Made by a program: the position numbers and the translations under genes. A stretch of DNA of 61,250 nucleotides, counting the filler, from Squatina squatina (Eukaryota), in NCBI GenBank assembly GCA_031763465.1. It is 3 parts of 3 records of this genome, joined end to end, with 100 filler letters (N's around TTAATTAATTAA, not from the genome) between each part and the next. Parts side by side here need not be neighbours in the genome. Positions count along the whole stretch, not along the records: positions 1 to 24,747 come from JARFOE010000057.1; 2 more parts are not named here. The stretch is one strand, 5' to 3'. Under the pieces are notes generated by a model that made no database searches, had not been told where the DNA came from, and saw nothing but the letters and a program-made list of their open reading frames with translations. Shown here in pieces: positions 1-12,212 of this stretch. Numbering within the stretch: the first letter of the stretch is position 1; every line of letters starts with the position of its first letter.

Positions 1-199
1 CCACATTGCTTCCTCCAAATGCTGCCACCTCGCCCAGCTGGCGTGGGATCTGAATGGCTTCATGTAGGAGAAGGCTGAGGTGGCGCTGATCACACAGGCT
101 TGTTGAGCCACTCACTTGCTTGTACAAGTCTACAGAGGGAAAGATATTAGGTTGGTTACATCGGTGATGCAATTAACTTCAAAACGTTCACTATGTGCT

Positions 200-500
200 C
201 AGGGCGCCCAATTGGCACTCTGGCGCTAGCGCTAAATGGGCATAGAATGGGCGTTAGCGCTCTAACGCCCGTTTTGGTGCTAAATTGAATTTTGTGCAGT
301 TGGCATCAGGTTAGCGCCGGCGCTAATTGGGCGCTAACTCAGAAGGGCTGGAAACGTGGCGGTAGGCACAAACGATCTCTGTGACGTCATCAGAGGGCGC
401 ACCGCCCAAAATGGCCGCCCGACAAAGAATTGGCCTCAATTCTTTGTACGCTAAATGGGTGGTGACAGCACATGGATTTTTTGGGGCGGTATCACCCGTG
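200..500. mobile_element. GC-rich dispersed repeat, probable non-autonomous DNA transposon (Harbinger-type) segment
   Basis: CpG-rich, with many TAGCGC/GCGCTA micro-palindromes. Similar in reverse orientation to 9374-9680 and 27830-28150; the ORF track shows RAAILGGAPSDDVT versus RAAILGAAPNDDIT. The superfamily call is inference. Confidence 0.6.
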
Positions 501-694
501 CTTATATTNNNNNNNNNNNNNNNNNNNNNNNNNNNNNNNNNNNNNNNNNNNNNNNNNNNNNNNNNNNNNNNNNNNNNNNNNNNNNNNNNNNNNNNNNNNN
601 NNNNNNNNAGAAAATGAAATCTAGGAACAGAAGTCAAACATTTAACTTTTTGGTTACCAGACTAGTAAGTTACTTTATTACCAATCTTATTAAA

Positions 695-737
695 AAAAAA
701 ACTTTTATCTGAAAGTAAAAAACTTTTATCTGAAAGT
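695..737 (+). repeat. Short tandem duplication (AAAAAACTTTTATCTGAAAGT x2)
   Basis: Two adjacent exact copies seen in the sequence. Confidence 0.85.
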
Positions 738-1620
738 GCAATAGAAATTATGAATAGTCTTGACATTATTACGTTTTTCCTTACGAATCCTTTCAGGTAT
801 CTGTTGAAATAACAATGTGGTTAGGAACATTTAACCTACAGACTGTAAACTGCTATTCATGAACAGACATCTGATTGGAAGGTTAGGGCTGGGGGCAGAA
901 GAAAGGTTTGAAAACCTGACAGGCCTCATATGTCTGAGATGGATAAAATGTTCAGGATATGGGGAGAAAACTGGAGACTGGGACTGAGCTGTTTTCAACA
1001 TAGAAGTATGGATTAGGATTTTATGCCTAACAGAAGCTACCCTGTGCAAGTAACTGCACGCCACTTTATTCCTGATATTGTGACACACTTATTTTTGATA
1101 TTAACATGGTGTGATTTTGCTCTGTGGTTAAAAAATTACAGTTGGGAAGACTCTTCTCTGTGGAAACTGGGACTCCATTTTAAGGTACTTCCTTGGCCCC
1201 AGATGTTCTCCACTGCTCTGAAGGCACCGCTGCCTGATTGGGATCAGCTCAGATCAAACTTGGGAATCCCTTGTCTACATAGCTTACTTCCAATTCTGGG
1301 AAGTGCATTAACCATCTGAATTACCAGGGAGCTTTAACGTATATCCTTTTGTATGTGTGCAGTTGTAAATGCATTATGGTAAAAGTGACACATGACTCCT
1401 CTCCTCCCTCATCCCCCTCCAAAAAAGTTTGGCAAACACTTTTTTTTATTAAGACACTTCCCCTTTAAGAGAGGTTTCAATTCTGTTTGCAGCTTCAGTC
1501 TTTAATTGCGACATATATTTAACCTTCAATGCAAGAGATTAATTTTGCAGAAAAATGAGATTATTGCAAAATGCATCTATCTACTGCCGACCATTTTCTT
1601 CAAATGAGTGGGTAACTTAC

Positions 1621-1777
1621 TGAGTGGAACTCATTGTACCGCTGCACCGCACCAATATCCCCTGTGAAGGGAAGCTGCTCAGATAGTTCTTCGTCTTTTA
1701 GGGTCAACCAGTCAATGATCTCCTGCAAGGACAGCTGCAGCTTGCCACTGTGATCAGAGAGTGCCTCCAGCCGAGCC
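1621..1777 (-). CDS. DRP2: Dystrophin-related protein 2, internal coding exon (spectrin repeat; equivalent of dystrophin exon 57)
   Basis: 157-bp exon between acceptor ...ccttcactgtgtgctaag| and donor |gtaagt, phase 2 to 0. It encodes (R)ARLEALSDHSGKLQLSLQEIIDWLTLKDEELSEQLPFTGDIGAVQRYNEFHS, matching recalled DRP2 RARLEAFSDHSGKLQLPLQEIIDWL better than DMD or UTRN. Confidence 0.92.
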
Positions 1778-2177
1778 CTTAGCACACAGTGAAGGAAGGA
1801 GGGGGGAAATTAATCGTTTTCAAACGGATAAAGAGATTTTCAGCTAAGGTAAATGGTGTGGGAGGACAACGCAGATCATATAGTATGAACCATTACAGAG
1901 ACTGGCAATGTGTCAAGGTTCCATTTGTAGCTGTGTGTCTGATCCCTGATCAATGCCTTTGAGGTCACCTTCAGAGAGATACCATTGGTGTTCTCATGCT
2001 GCTGACCTTTGTACTTTGCTTCTGGGGATGTCTGCAATGAACAGGAAGGACACAGAACTGGCAAACAATAAAATCAGNNNNNNNNNNNNNNNNNNNNNNN
2101 NNNNNNNNNNNNNNNNNNNNNNNNNNNNNNNNNNNNNNNNNNNNNNNNNNNNNNNNNNNNNNNNNNNNNNNNNNNNN

Positions 2178-2246
2178 CAACTAGGGATGGGCAATAAATG
2201 TGGCCTTGCCAACGTCACCCACATCCCCAGAATACAATTTTAAAAA
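2178..2246 (+). mobile_element. 3' end of a CR1/L2-group LINE
   Basis: CAACTAGGGATGGGCAATAAATG..GGCCTTGCCA..GTCACCCACATCCC followed by an A-rich tail. Contains a GGGATG..GGCAA/TTGCC..CATCCC stem-loop typical of LINE 3' ends. Cut by a gap on the left. Confidence 0.6.
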
Positions 2247-3074
2247 TGTTCCCTTACAGTCTGTCTAGTATTCAATAGGGACCTCAGATCTCACAAAAGA
2301 TCGACAAGTAGAGGTCCTAAAAGTAGCTGGATGTATCCTAAAAGCTCAACACTACAAGTTAACAAACATATAACAAACTATGTTTAAGAATGAAAAAAAG
2401 ACATTCTTTTGCCTACGGCAGAAGAATCAGTGTAAACAAGAGGATTTTTGGCTCAGTGATCCTTTGTTGTTTTCTTCACAGAACTATTTCATATTCTCAA
2501 TTCTAAAAATTCCAGGCATAACTCTCCAGCGCATTTCCTCCCCTGCTGCTGGCCAGCCAGCCAAAGGAGCTGAATTTCTCCTGATTATGTATCCAGACAG
2601 TCTGCCTGCGACTAAAGATCAGCACATCAAATTAAGGCAATTAATGGAGGTAAATATTATTATAATAATAACTGTTATTTTGTGCTTTTTTGACAAACTC
2701 TAAACATATTCTGTCTGTATCATATTTGGACTTAGTTTTAATAGCCTCCACTCTATTAATCTCTTACCTATTCACAGTTAATCTGCAATTTTACAGCTAA
2801 GCATGAACTCGCTGTGAATCATAGAACCGAAGGGCTTCATTATCATTCACTGTGAAATAATGGCTGATGCAGGCAGCCAGTCCAGACACAGATCCATCTT
2901 GAGACACATTATTTTGATTCTTTCTTCTTTTCTCCTAGCTCCCAAAATCCATTTTGGCAGCAAGTTTAGAAAAGCATGTTGACGGAAAACCACCGTTAAA
3001 GGTTGTTTCTTCAATGATTTGAAATCTCAGACAATGATATAAGCAGGTTAACCGTTGATGTTCATTTTTTTTTC

Positions 3075-3316
3075 CAGTTTTCTCATCTCTTAAAGGTGCT
3101 GATTCTCACTTGGGTACGTTCCTTCCAATACTTTCCCACTACCCTTAAAGGCTATCTGTTATGTGTGAGTCTAGGCAGCAATGTCAGCCAAATGTGGCAC
3201 CTCTACTGCTCCCTTACTGAGATTAGCTAACTCGGTACAAACTAGGGGATTAAACCTGGGACAGAGCTGGTCTGTAGGACTCACTTCCATGGTGGCCAGT
3301 GACTGAGCTATTGGGG
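3075..3316 (-). mobile_element. tRNA-derived SINE (related copies near 1175-1332, 3532-3700, 35645-35815, 39240-39400)
   Basis: The minus strand begins CCCCAATAGCTCAGTC (A-box-like) ... CCCAGGTTTAATCCC (B-box-like) followed by GAGTTAGCTAATCTCAG. Similar segments recur elsewhere in the window. Confidence 0.6.
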
Positions 3317-3351
3317 TTCTTAACATTTCTTTGAGACTGGGNNNNNNNNNN

Positions 3352-3528
3352 GGGTGATATTCAACTTCGGCGCAAAATAAGCTGATGTGGAATCGGCAGC
3401 CTGGTTTACAAGCCACCCAATTTTCTTTTTCATTTAAATTTTAAAAGAAAATCAGGCAAGATGTAAAACCGGCTACTGATTCACTGTCGTCTGTTTTGCA
3501 TTGCCGGCAAAAAGTCGATTTTCAGCCC
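3352..3528. mobile_element. Palindromic MITE-like element
   Basis: Imperfect inverted repeat centred near 3437: GAATCGGCAGCCTGGTTTACA / TGTAAAACCGGCTACTGATTC and ATTTTCTTTT / AAAAGAAAAT. Ends are GGGTGATATTC and GATTTTCAGCCCC. Confidence 0.65.
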
Positions 3529-4289
3529 CACTGTCACTTACTGGGATATGGCTCTATGGATGCCTCTTGCCCCTCAGGTACCTTGACCAAGCTGCCGTTT
3601 GTCACATGTGAATGTGGACAGTAAATGTCGCCAGACTACATGCGACAGTGGTGGGCACCACAACCATGTCTGAACCTGTCTTTACTTGACATCCACAAGC
3701 NNNNNNNNNNNNNNNNNNNNNNNNNNNNNNNNNNNNNNNNNNNNNNNNNNNNNNNNNNNNNNNNNNNNNNNNNNNNNNNNNNNNNNNNNNNNNNNNNNNN
3801 GGTCTGAGCATTCTCTGTGGTTCAGGCTCTTGTGGAAGGCTTCATGTTTTGGGAAATAAAATGTTCTGGAGGAACTCAATCAGATGTGAACCTTCTGGTT
3901 CTCAAGGAGATCAGCAGCTCTTGTGCACTGTGGGTGGATTTTGTTTGTTGGGCTTTTTTTGCAAGGTATCAGCAGGATCCAACACTTCTCCATTTTTGTA
4001 TCTTAGCCCCAATTTTCCAATAAAATGGCAAAATGTGCTTGCACTTGCCCATGCGGCTGTCTCACCTGATCTGCCAGCCCAAAGGGCAGGCCACACTGAA
4101 TTTCACAATGGGAATCCTACCTGTTAATTCAAATAGCCTGCTGGTACATGAAAAACTTACTTAGAGAGCTTGGCCTGCAGCGCACTTGTTTGAGGGGTAG
4201 AAAATCCAGCAAGGCAGCAGCTCTTGTAGGGCTGTGAATCACCATGAAAAGGAACATTGTGGTGGTGGCAGGAAAGTGGGCAGCTGACT

Positions 4290-4530
4290 AATGGCTCACA
4301 ATGGTACAGTGAAGACAACGCCATGTTGCCTCTTTGATGCTGAGGAGCTGGAAGTCCTTCTGCAAGAAACTCATTAAAGGGTGGGACTCAGTGGGCTGAA
4401 GGCTACACTAGTAAAAACATGGGTGCAAGCTACACAGAGGAAGGTCAGAGGCCTTGACCCTTGTACTTCACCACATATGAGGATGAGGATTGCTGGTATC
4501 AGGAGGAAGACGAAGACAAAGCTAAGTGTG
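4290..4530 (+). pseudogene. Degenerate Harbinger Myb/SANT-like accessory gene fragment
   Basis: Reads ATGGCTCAC...FDAEELEVLLQE...KTWVQ, resembling the F-x-x-x-E-L-E-x-L start of the Myb_DNA-bind_5-type domain seen in the other copies. Contains stops. Confidence 0.4.
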
Positions 4531-4724
4531 TTCCTCATGTGTGCACACATTTATTGTGGAGCCCATCAAGCATGGTACAAAATGAAGTTGGGAGCTCTTT
4601 GTGAGGTACCATTTAAAACGTTGTACACAACCTTTGACTTAAAACATCTGGATCCACAGCCACAAAACAATCCCTTGACATTCATTAACTTATCTGTTAC
4701 ATTCTCTCCATCTAACTACAGTTT

Positions 4725-5252
4725 CAACAACGAATTGTACTTATATAGTATGGCTACCATAATAAAATGCCCTAAATTCTTCACAGTGGCAAAAATGGCC
4801 AAAGGGACAGCATTTCAGAGTGTGAAGCTGAGACGTTTAATAGTTGTGTGACCAAAGGTGGAGTGGAGTGGGAATGCAAAGGAGGACAGAGCTGCAAGAG
4901 TGGTGGACGTGTATAGGGCTGAAGGAGATTGCAGACATAGGTTGAGGTGAGGCCAAGGATTTGAAAGCAATGTCTTTGGGGACAGGTCGACAAGGGCAGG
5001 GTATTAGGGGAATGGGATTTAGTGCGGGATAGGGTACAGGGCAGTGAGTAACAATTTATAAAGGGCAGAGCTTGGGAGGTCGGCAGGAAGAGTGCAGGAG
5101 TAACAAAGTCTGGAGGTGACAAAATTGTCGAAAAGAGTTTCAGTAGCAGTTAGAGATGAGGTATGGACAAAGGCCGCAATGTTGCAAAGGTGGAAATAAA
5201 AGGCCTTTGGTGTAGTTAGTATGTGGAGCTTGAAGCTCAGCTTCAGGCCCAA
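4725..5252 (-). mobile_element. L2-clade LINE 3' fragment
   Basis: The minus frame encodes KAFYFHLCNIAAFVHTSSLTATETLFDNFVTSRLCYSCTLPADLPSSALYKL, the L2 RT C-terminal FFHLRNIAR..AFVTSRLDY motif. It ends in a TATATAAGTACAA..(GTT)n-like tail near 4725-4750. Confidence 0.85.
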
Positions 5253-6744
5253 TTAATAGCCCCCCTCCTATCGCTTGACGAGAACGGGGCTTATGAGGGT
5301 TTAAAATCCTGGCAGCGTGCTACTCATCTTCTTCACACTGCATCATTTTAACAGGTGAGTTTTGGACAGGGTTGGAGGCCCTCGTACCAGCCTGGAAAGG
5401 GACTCATTGAGATGCAAAAGTCGNNNNNNNNNNNNNNNNNNNNNNNNNNNNNNNNNNNNNNNNNNNNNNNNNNNNNNNNNNNNNNNNNNNNNNNNNNNNN
5501 NNNNNNNNNNNNNNNNNNNNNNNAATGGCACACTGCACTCTTCAAAACCAGTGCTGCAATTTAAAGTGCTAAAAATCTCTTTTCTATTCCATACTTTATA
5601 ACCCAAGCTGCAGTAATCTTATGTTTTGTTAGGTAACTACTTACAAGCAATAATTGAGTCATAGAGAACTTCAAAATTCTTACCTTTGGAAAGTGATTTT
5701 TGTGGGACACTGACAGGCTTATCCATTTTGCATTGTTACAACATTGAGGTACAGAAGCTCACACTGCACTACATTAAAACAAAGCTCGCCTGCAGTAATC
5801 ACGGACTTTTAATTAAGGCTGTGCAGAAGCAATAGCTTTCTTGTTTACTGTGCATTTCAACAGGAATCCCAAAGGGCAGCTTGAACCTACTGTGAACTCA
5901 GTAATCCTGTGCATTCCATACAACACCAACCTTCCCTTATATTGCTGGGTGATAAACATGCATTTTTCTGTCTCATATAAATGCGGGGCATCTGCCAGGA
6001 ATATTCTGGCTCCAGGAGATTCCCCTGGTTTGTGCCGCCTGATATTTTCCCCATCATTCCATTCCACCTACTGACATNNNNNNNNNNNNNNNNNNNNNNN
6101 NNNNNNNNNNNNNNNNNNNNNNNNNNNNNNNNNNNNNNNNNNNNNNNNNNNNNNNNNNNNNNNNNNNNNNNNNNNNNGGAGCACTGGAAAATAATTGAAA
6201 AAGGGATGTGAAGGTCAGGCAGTCCAGTTACTTCATGGGCACGAACCCTCCTTACAAGGGAAAGGTCATTCATCCTGAGCTCAGAGTCAATTAGTACCAG
6301 AAAGCTGACAGGGATTATAAAAAGTTGTGAGTGCACTCATGTTGGCTGGTGTAGTGTGGTGTATTATGTTTTTTATGTGATGGTGGAAAGTGAAACGAGA
6401 TTCAATAACAACTGTTATGATGTGCATTCATTTGCTGTCTGTAAAGTAATGCCATTTAATGATTCACATCTTGCATTGCCTCACTATGGCATTTTCAGTA
6501 TGTTCAGCACCCCTACAAAGATTGGAGAAGCACACATGAGGGTAGGTGTGAAAGATACTTTATTCAGTTCAGATCACAAGGGAGTATTATTGTTACAGCT
6601 CTAGCCTCTGAGTTACGCTATCATATCATTAGATATTTGGCATTATTCCACCCTTCTGAATGTAAGATCCAGGGAGTGCTTACCGGTGTAACCAGCACTG
6701 CTGAACCTGAGAGAATACCTAAGGCAGATCCGCAATCTGTAACA

Positions 6745-6935
6745 CCATGTAACTCTTAGTCAGAAGGTTGTAGGTTAAAGGCCCACTCCAGGTCCCGTGC
6801 AAGTAATTTAGGTTGACGCTTCAGTGCAGTACTAATGGACTCCTGCATTATCAAGGTGCACCTTTCAGATGAAACATTAAACTGAGGTTCTATCTGTCTA
6901 TTAAGGTGGATGCAAGAGATTCTATGGCACTGTTT
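6745..6935 (+). mobile_element. DeuSINE (SacSINE1/AmnSINE1-like) partial copy
   Basis: Aligns by eye to the 5' half of the copies at 35078-35519 and 45624-46022 (AGTCAGAAGGTTG..CCCACTCCAG..CAGTGCAGTACT..TTTCAGATGA..TTAAACTGAGG..AGGTGGATG). Confidence 0.7.
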
Positions 6936-7989
6936 TGTATCTGATTGTGTTGACTCCCCTGTTTATCCTACGGAACAGATTTGGCAACCACTGTATGACT
7001 GACCATCTGCATGAATCACACAAGCGTATTCACAACTTTGACAATCTGTTAGGGAACTTCCCTATTGTCAGGTTGAGGACCAATGGCCATGTACACCATC
7101 AGTGTTTTAGCCCATTCACAAGAAAAATCAACCTTTTTCATTGGGATTGGGAATCGTCAGCATTAACCAATTAGATTAGTTGGGGAGTGCTACTGGGATC
7201 AGATTGGTGGGATGGCAGCAGTGGAAGCTATCAGAACCAATCAGATGTTACTTTCTGTTGGTTGTGCAGAAACTTGAGATGGAAAAGTTTTTTGTTGAAC
7301 TTAAGATTTTGGAGACGTACAGTTATAGGTGTGCTGATTCAGTGTTTCAGCCGATTTGCTATCACCCTATCACACAAAGATTACCACCCCCCACCATTCC
7401 CACCCCCCGCACACACCTTTCTTAAGTAAAAGCTTCAAACCCACTGTGGGAGGTCGGAATATATTATAACAATATGTAAATAACTGAGAATAATGTTTTG
7501 GAGAGGGGAAAACATAGTTACAAGCACCTTAAATNNNNNNNNNNNNNNNNNNNNNNNNNNNNNNNNNNNNNNNNNNNNNNNNNNNNNNNNNNNNNNNNNN
7601 NNNNNNNNNNNNNNNNNNNNNNNNNNNNNNNNNNAACTGTAAAGGTCTTCAATCCTGCAGGCCCTGTGGCCCACCATAAACAGGCGTTAAAACCTCTTTC
7701 ACTGAAGCATTCTTTCCAAGAGACAGGCCAAGGATGTTAGGTAAGAGAGGGGAATAGATCTTTGGGCTAAATCCTTTCTTATGTTAGTTGCATGAGATAG
7801 GGCAGGCAAGTGGCACATGGTGCCTTCTGCTCACAGGAGGTACTGGGTGGGGGTGGGGGGCGGGGGCGTGGTGGCGGTGTCAGACGAAACCTGCTCTGTT
7901 TTGGGATTCGGAATCAGCAGTAAGCCTCTCCACCTTGGATTCCTTCATTTTCTGTCCTACAAGTGTGCAAAGTTGGGGACAATTCCAAA

Positions 7990-8300
7990 GGAAAATCTTG
8001 TTTATCATTTAGTTTACATATCCATCATTCTAATTGCTTTTCTAATAGCTTCACTATACTGGTTACACATTGCAAGTGATGAATCTAATAATACTCTTGG
8101 GTTCCTGTCTATGTCTCCCTCTGCCAATTCAATCGCATTCATTGTGGACATTTTTCAACCAATGTACAATATGTCACATTTATTGTATAAAACTTCATCT
8201 GCCCTCTGTCAGCCCAATTGCAGAACTGATCTAAATCCTTTTGTAAATCTTTTGCTACCTCTTCCGTTGCTACAGCTCTCCCTGTTTGACGAATAAATTC
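7990..8300 (-). mobile_element. Old CR1 LINE fragment (RT C-terminal part)
   Basis: The minus strand reads AVATEEVAKDLQKDLDQFCNWADRGQMKF.. and later LLDSSLAMCNQYSEAIRKAIRMM, with frameshifts. This is the CR1 LQxDLDxLxxWAxxWQMxFN motif. Confidence 0.8.
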
Positions 8301-9373
8301 AAAGCAGTACATGCAGAGGAAAATGAATGTCTCGCTGACAGATGGTTCCAGGTGCAGTTGAGCAGGGAGGCTATGTTATTTGGTAGCTGGGGACTGTTAT
8401 TGAGTCTTGTAATGATTTCATCTAAAAACAAATTATTTTCAAGCCATTCAAGCTGGGTGCTATTAGAGTTCAAATAAAACATTTTCTGGTCTTCCTNNNN
8501 NNNNNNNNNNNNNNNNNNNNNNNNNNNNNNNNNNNNNNNNNNNNNNNNNNNNNNNNNNNNNNNNNNNNNNNNNNNNNNNNNNNNNNNNNNNNNNNNNNNN
8601 NNNNNNNNNNNNNNNNNNNNNNNNNNNNNNNNNNNNNNNNNNNNNNNNNNNNNNNNNNNNNNNNNNNNNNNNNNNNNNNNNNNNNNNNNNNNNNNNNNNN
8701 NNNNNNNNNNNNNNNNNNNNNNNNNNNNNNNNNNNNNNNNNNNNNNNNNNNNNNNNNNNNNNNNNNNNNNNNNNNNNNNNNNNNNNNNNNNNNNNNNNNN
8801 NNNNNNNNNNNNNNNNNNNNNNNNNNNNNNNNNNNNNNNNNNNNNNNNNNNNNNNNNNNNNNNNNNNNNNNNNNNNNNNNNNNNNNNNNNNNNNNNNNNN
8901 NNNNNNNNNNNNNNNNNNNNNNNNNNNNNNNNNNNNNNNNNNNNNNNNNNNNNNNNNNNNNNNNNNNNNNNNNNNNNNNNNNNNNNNNNNNNNNNNNNNN
9001 NNNNNNNNNNNNNNNNNNNNNNNNNNNNNNNNNNNNNNNNNNNNNNNNNNNNNNNNNNNNNNNNNNNNNNNNNNNNNNNNNNNNNNNNNNNNNNNNNNNN
9101 NNNNNNNNNNNNNNNNNNNNNNNNNNNNNNNNNNNNNNNNNNNNNNNNNNNNNNNNNNNNNNNNNNNNNNNNNNNNNNNNNNNNNNNNNNNNNNNNNNNN
9201 NNNNNNNNNNNNNNNNNNNNNNNNNNNNNNNNNNNNNNNNNNNNNNNNNNNNNNNNNNNNNNNNNNNNNNNNNNNNNNNNNNNNNNNNNNNNNNNNNNNN
9301 NNNNNNNNNNNNNNNNNNNNNNNNNNNNNNNNNNNNNNNNNNNNNNNNNNNNNNNNNNNNNNNNNNNNNNNNN

Positions 9374-9927
9374 CTCCCCACCAGGTGACAGTGCCCAAAA
9401 AACCGAGCGCCGTCACCGCTCAACTTACTGGCTGGAAATGCGGCCGACTTGGGCGGGCAGCCATCTTGGGCGCTGCGCCCAATGATGATATCACGCCTGC
9501 CCTCTACCGCCGGCCGCCGGGCTTCGAGCATTCCCGGTGCAATGCTCCTTCAGCGCCCGGGATCGGGGCACCCGAATTGCTGAGCACACAACTTAGCGCT
9601 GAAAATCGTCATTAGGCCGTTAATGCCCGTTTTGCGCTATTTTAGCGCGGGCGTTAATGGCCGAATTGGCCGGCCCGAAGCTTTTGCTCTATTAGCAAGT
9701 GCGGAGGCCCATTCAAGGTGCGAATTGTTTTGGGGGATTTAAAAAATTTCCAGTTGTAAATTTAATTTAATTTTCTTACTGTTGGTTTCAGTCTCTTTGT
9801 TCTGTTTCTCGCAATCCAATATTTCTTCCCCTCCCTTTATTTCTCTTTCTGTACTTGATTTGATATTGAATTCACCCACTCTAATTTACACTTCCTTCTC
9901 AGCCCTTGCGCTGTTTATTTCCCATTC
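9374..9927. mobile_element. GC-rich dispersed repeat (same family as 200-500) with pyrimidine-rich interior
   Basis: Reverse-orientation similarity to 200-500 and direct similarity to 27830-28150 (AAAAAACCG..GTCACCGCT..TTAGCGC..AATTGG). Confidence 0.6.
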
Positions 9928-12212
9928 NNNNNNNNNNNNNNNNNNNNNNNNNNNNNNNNNNNNNNNNNNNNNNNNNNNNNNNNNNNNNNNNNNNNNNNNN
10001 NNNNNNNNNNNNNNNNNNNNNNNNNNNAATGCAGAACTTGGTTTGTGCCAGTAACTGAAAGTGTTACAATGTGTGAAAGTATTTGTTTGATTTTAATGTC
10101 ATTTGATTGAAGCATTGCTCTGCTGCTGCAGGCAGCGTGCATCCTTTATATCATGTTGCTGTGTCTTAAGCTGCCTTTGCCATGTTTCAGTATATCCAGC
10201 ACAGGTACAGCTATGCCCCAGGAGAATCAGGAGCTGAAACCAGGAGGCCAAAATACAGCTGCAATTTAGGCCAAACCTGTCAAACACAGCACTCACTGCA
10301 ATATGATGCTTCCACTTTCCACATCAACCATCCCTGTGGCCTTTGGCAGTGAGATTGACAATTTACTGCCAATTTGTACTGAATTAAGCAAACGTTTGCA
10401 TTGCCAGCTGAATTGAGATTGCTCAGATTAATTTTGGGGCCCTTCGGTCTGTGCTGTATTTAAATCCAGAGTTGAAGCAACAGTATGTTAATTCAGTCTG
10501 CAACCCAGTCCCCCTAAAATCCTTCAAATTGTGCAGAATGTACACCAGAGTCCAACTCACTCAACAGGAACAGCTGTCACATACTCCTAAACAACTCAGG
10601 GACCTCCAGGGTGAAATTCAGTAGTGCTGGGTTTGGGGTGCTAAGTTTTATCTGNNNNNNNNNNNNNNNNNNNNNNNNNNNNNNNNNNNNNNNNNNNNNN
10701 NNNNNNNNNNNNNNNNNNNNNNNNNNNNNNNNNNNNNNNNNNNNNNNNNNNNNNCATGGCTGATCTGTATCTTTAAGGGAGAATTTTTATTATGCAATAG
10801 ATGGACATAAACAAATTACATATAGATAGAACATGGCTTTGATTTCTTATCTTTCCTTCAGTTAATAGAAATAATCACTGAATAGGAAAATTGCTGATGT
10901 TTAAGCAAAGGGGGAACGCTTCATGCTGCTCTGGTCAAAACGTTGAAAACAACTATCCTTCAACATCTGCACTACTTGTAGACATACAGAATGAGAATTA
11001 ATATGCTGCTGTGAGCTCTTCTTTTGTATCGCAGTCAGTCAATCCGAGAGCACCCACAGCAATTGCGTGGGCAGGTAAACACACTCCGAGCAGATGATGA
11101 AAGACTAGCCCAACTGCAAAACAGCCGCATCAACTCTGAATGATTTTGCAAAATGAATACATGACAGAACTGGTCTAACAAGAGACAAAAGATGCAGTGG
11201 CAAAACAAGGATTAAAACTGCCAAGCATACTTTCAACATTTAAGTATCAGTTCACAAGTTAGCTTGTTTAGTGTTACATCTGCAGCAGTTGTAACTAAAC
11301 CTGAAACTGTCCATTCAATTACGTACAGTGCCCTGCCTCACACAGGCCACAATTTTTAAAACTATTCACTTGATATCATTAAGAAATTTAATTTTTTTCT
11401 CAAATAAATCAGATTTTCCCCACTCCTGGAGATTGCAGTTCAGCTGGAAGGCAGGAGTAGAGTTGGTCAGAAACAGACACCACTTTCTACCACTGCTGGT
11501 TGTAAATGAACTTGGAGATGGAAAAATTAAGTGTCATAGTTGAAGCATCATGCACATTTATTTAGCATCAATCCGCTATAAACTGCTGAAATGCATCTTC
11601 TAAAAATAATAAAAGGAACTTCTGTGAGCACATCTTGCTGTCACGTTATGCAGGAGTTCTTAAACATTGTTTGTTGCCACNNNNNNNNNNNNNNNNNNNN
11701 NNNNNNNNNNNNNNNNNNNNNNNNNNNNNNNNNNNNNNNNNNNNNNNNNNNNNNNNNNNNNNNNNNNNNNNNNNNNNNNNCCGAAAATTACCTGTTTATT
11801 CTTACTCCATTCATGAGGTCACTGAAATGGAACTTTATGATTTCACATCAGAGATTTATGCACAGAATGACTACTTGGGCTACATCTAACCAGCAAAGTT
11901 AAACATGAAGCACAACAAGAGATAATGGAGAGACACAAGGTAGTGTGGAGATATATCCTGTCATTATGAATGATAAACTTCCCTTTGAATAACATTAGTT
12001 GCTTTTTTATCGCCCAGAAACAGCTTTTTTAGAAAGACTATTGCTGATGAATGGTTGGCCATCACTGTTCATCTTAAGCTTCTATAATTGCATTCCCTAC
12101 TCCCCCACATTAAATGTCAATGCTTCTTTAAAAGAGATCCCCACGCTTCCAGTATTTGTTATGCTTTACATTTCAAAGGTTTGCTGTCTCTGACAAGTTT
12201 CATGCCCACAGG

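Noticed and set aside
7845-7878. G-run cluster able to form a G-quadruplex
   Set aside because: Simple G-rich tract with no supporting context.
7817-8296. 159-aa hydrophobic plus-strand ORF
   Set aside because: It is the antisense shadow of a decayed CR1 RT fragment.
8463-9531. Long 317-aa and 353-aa ORFs in the track (and all other X-containing ORFs)
   Set aside because: They are open only because they run through N gaps.
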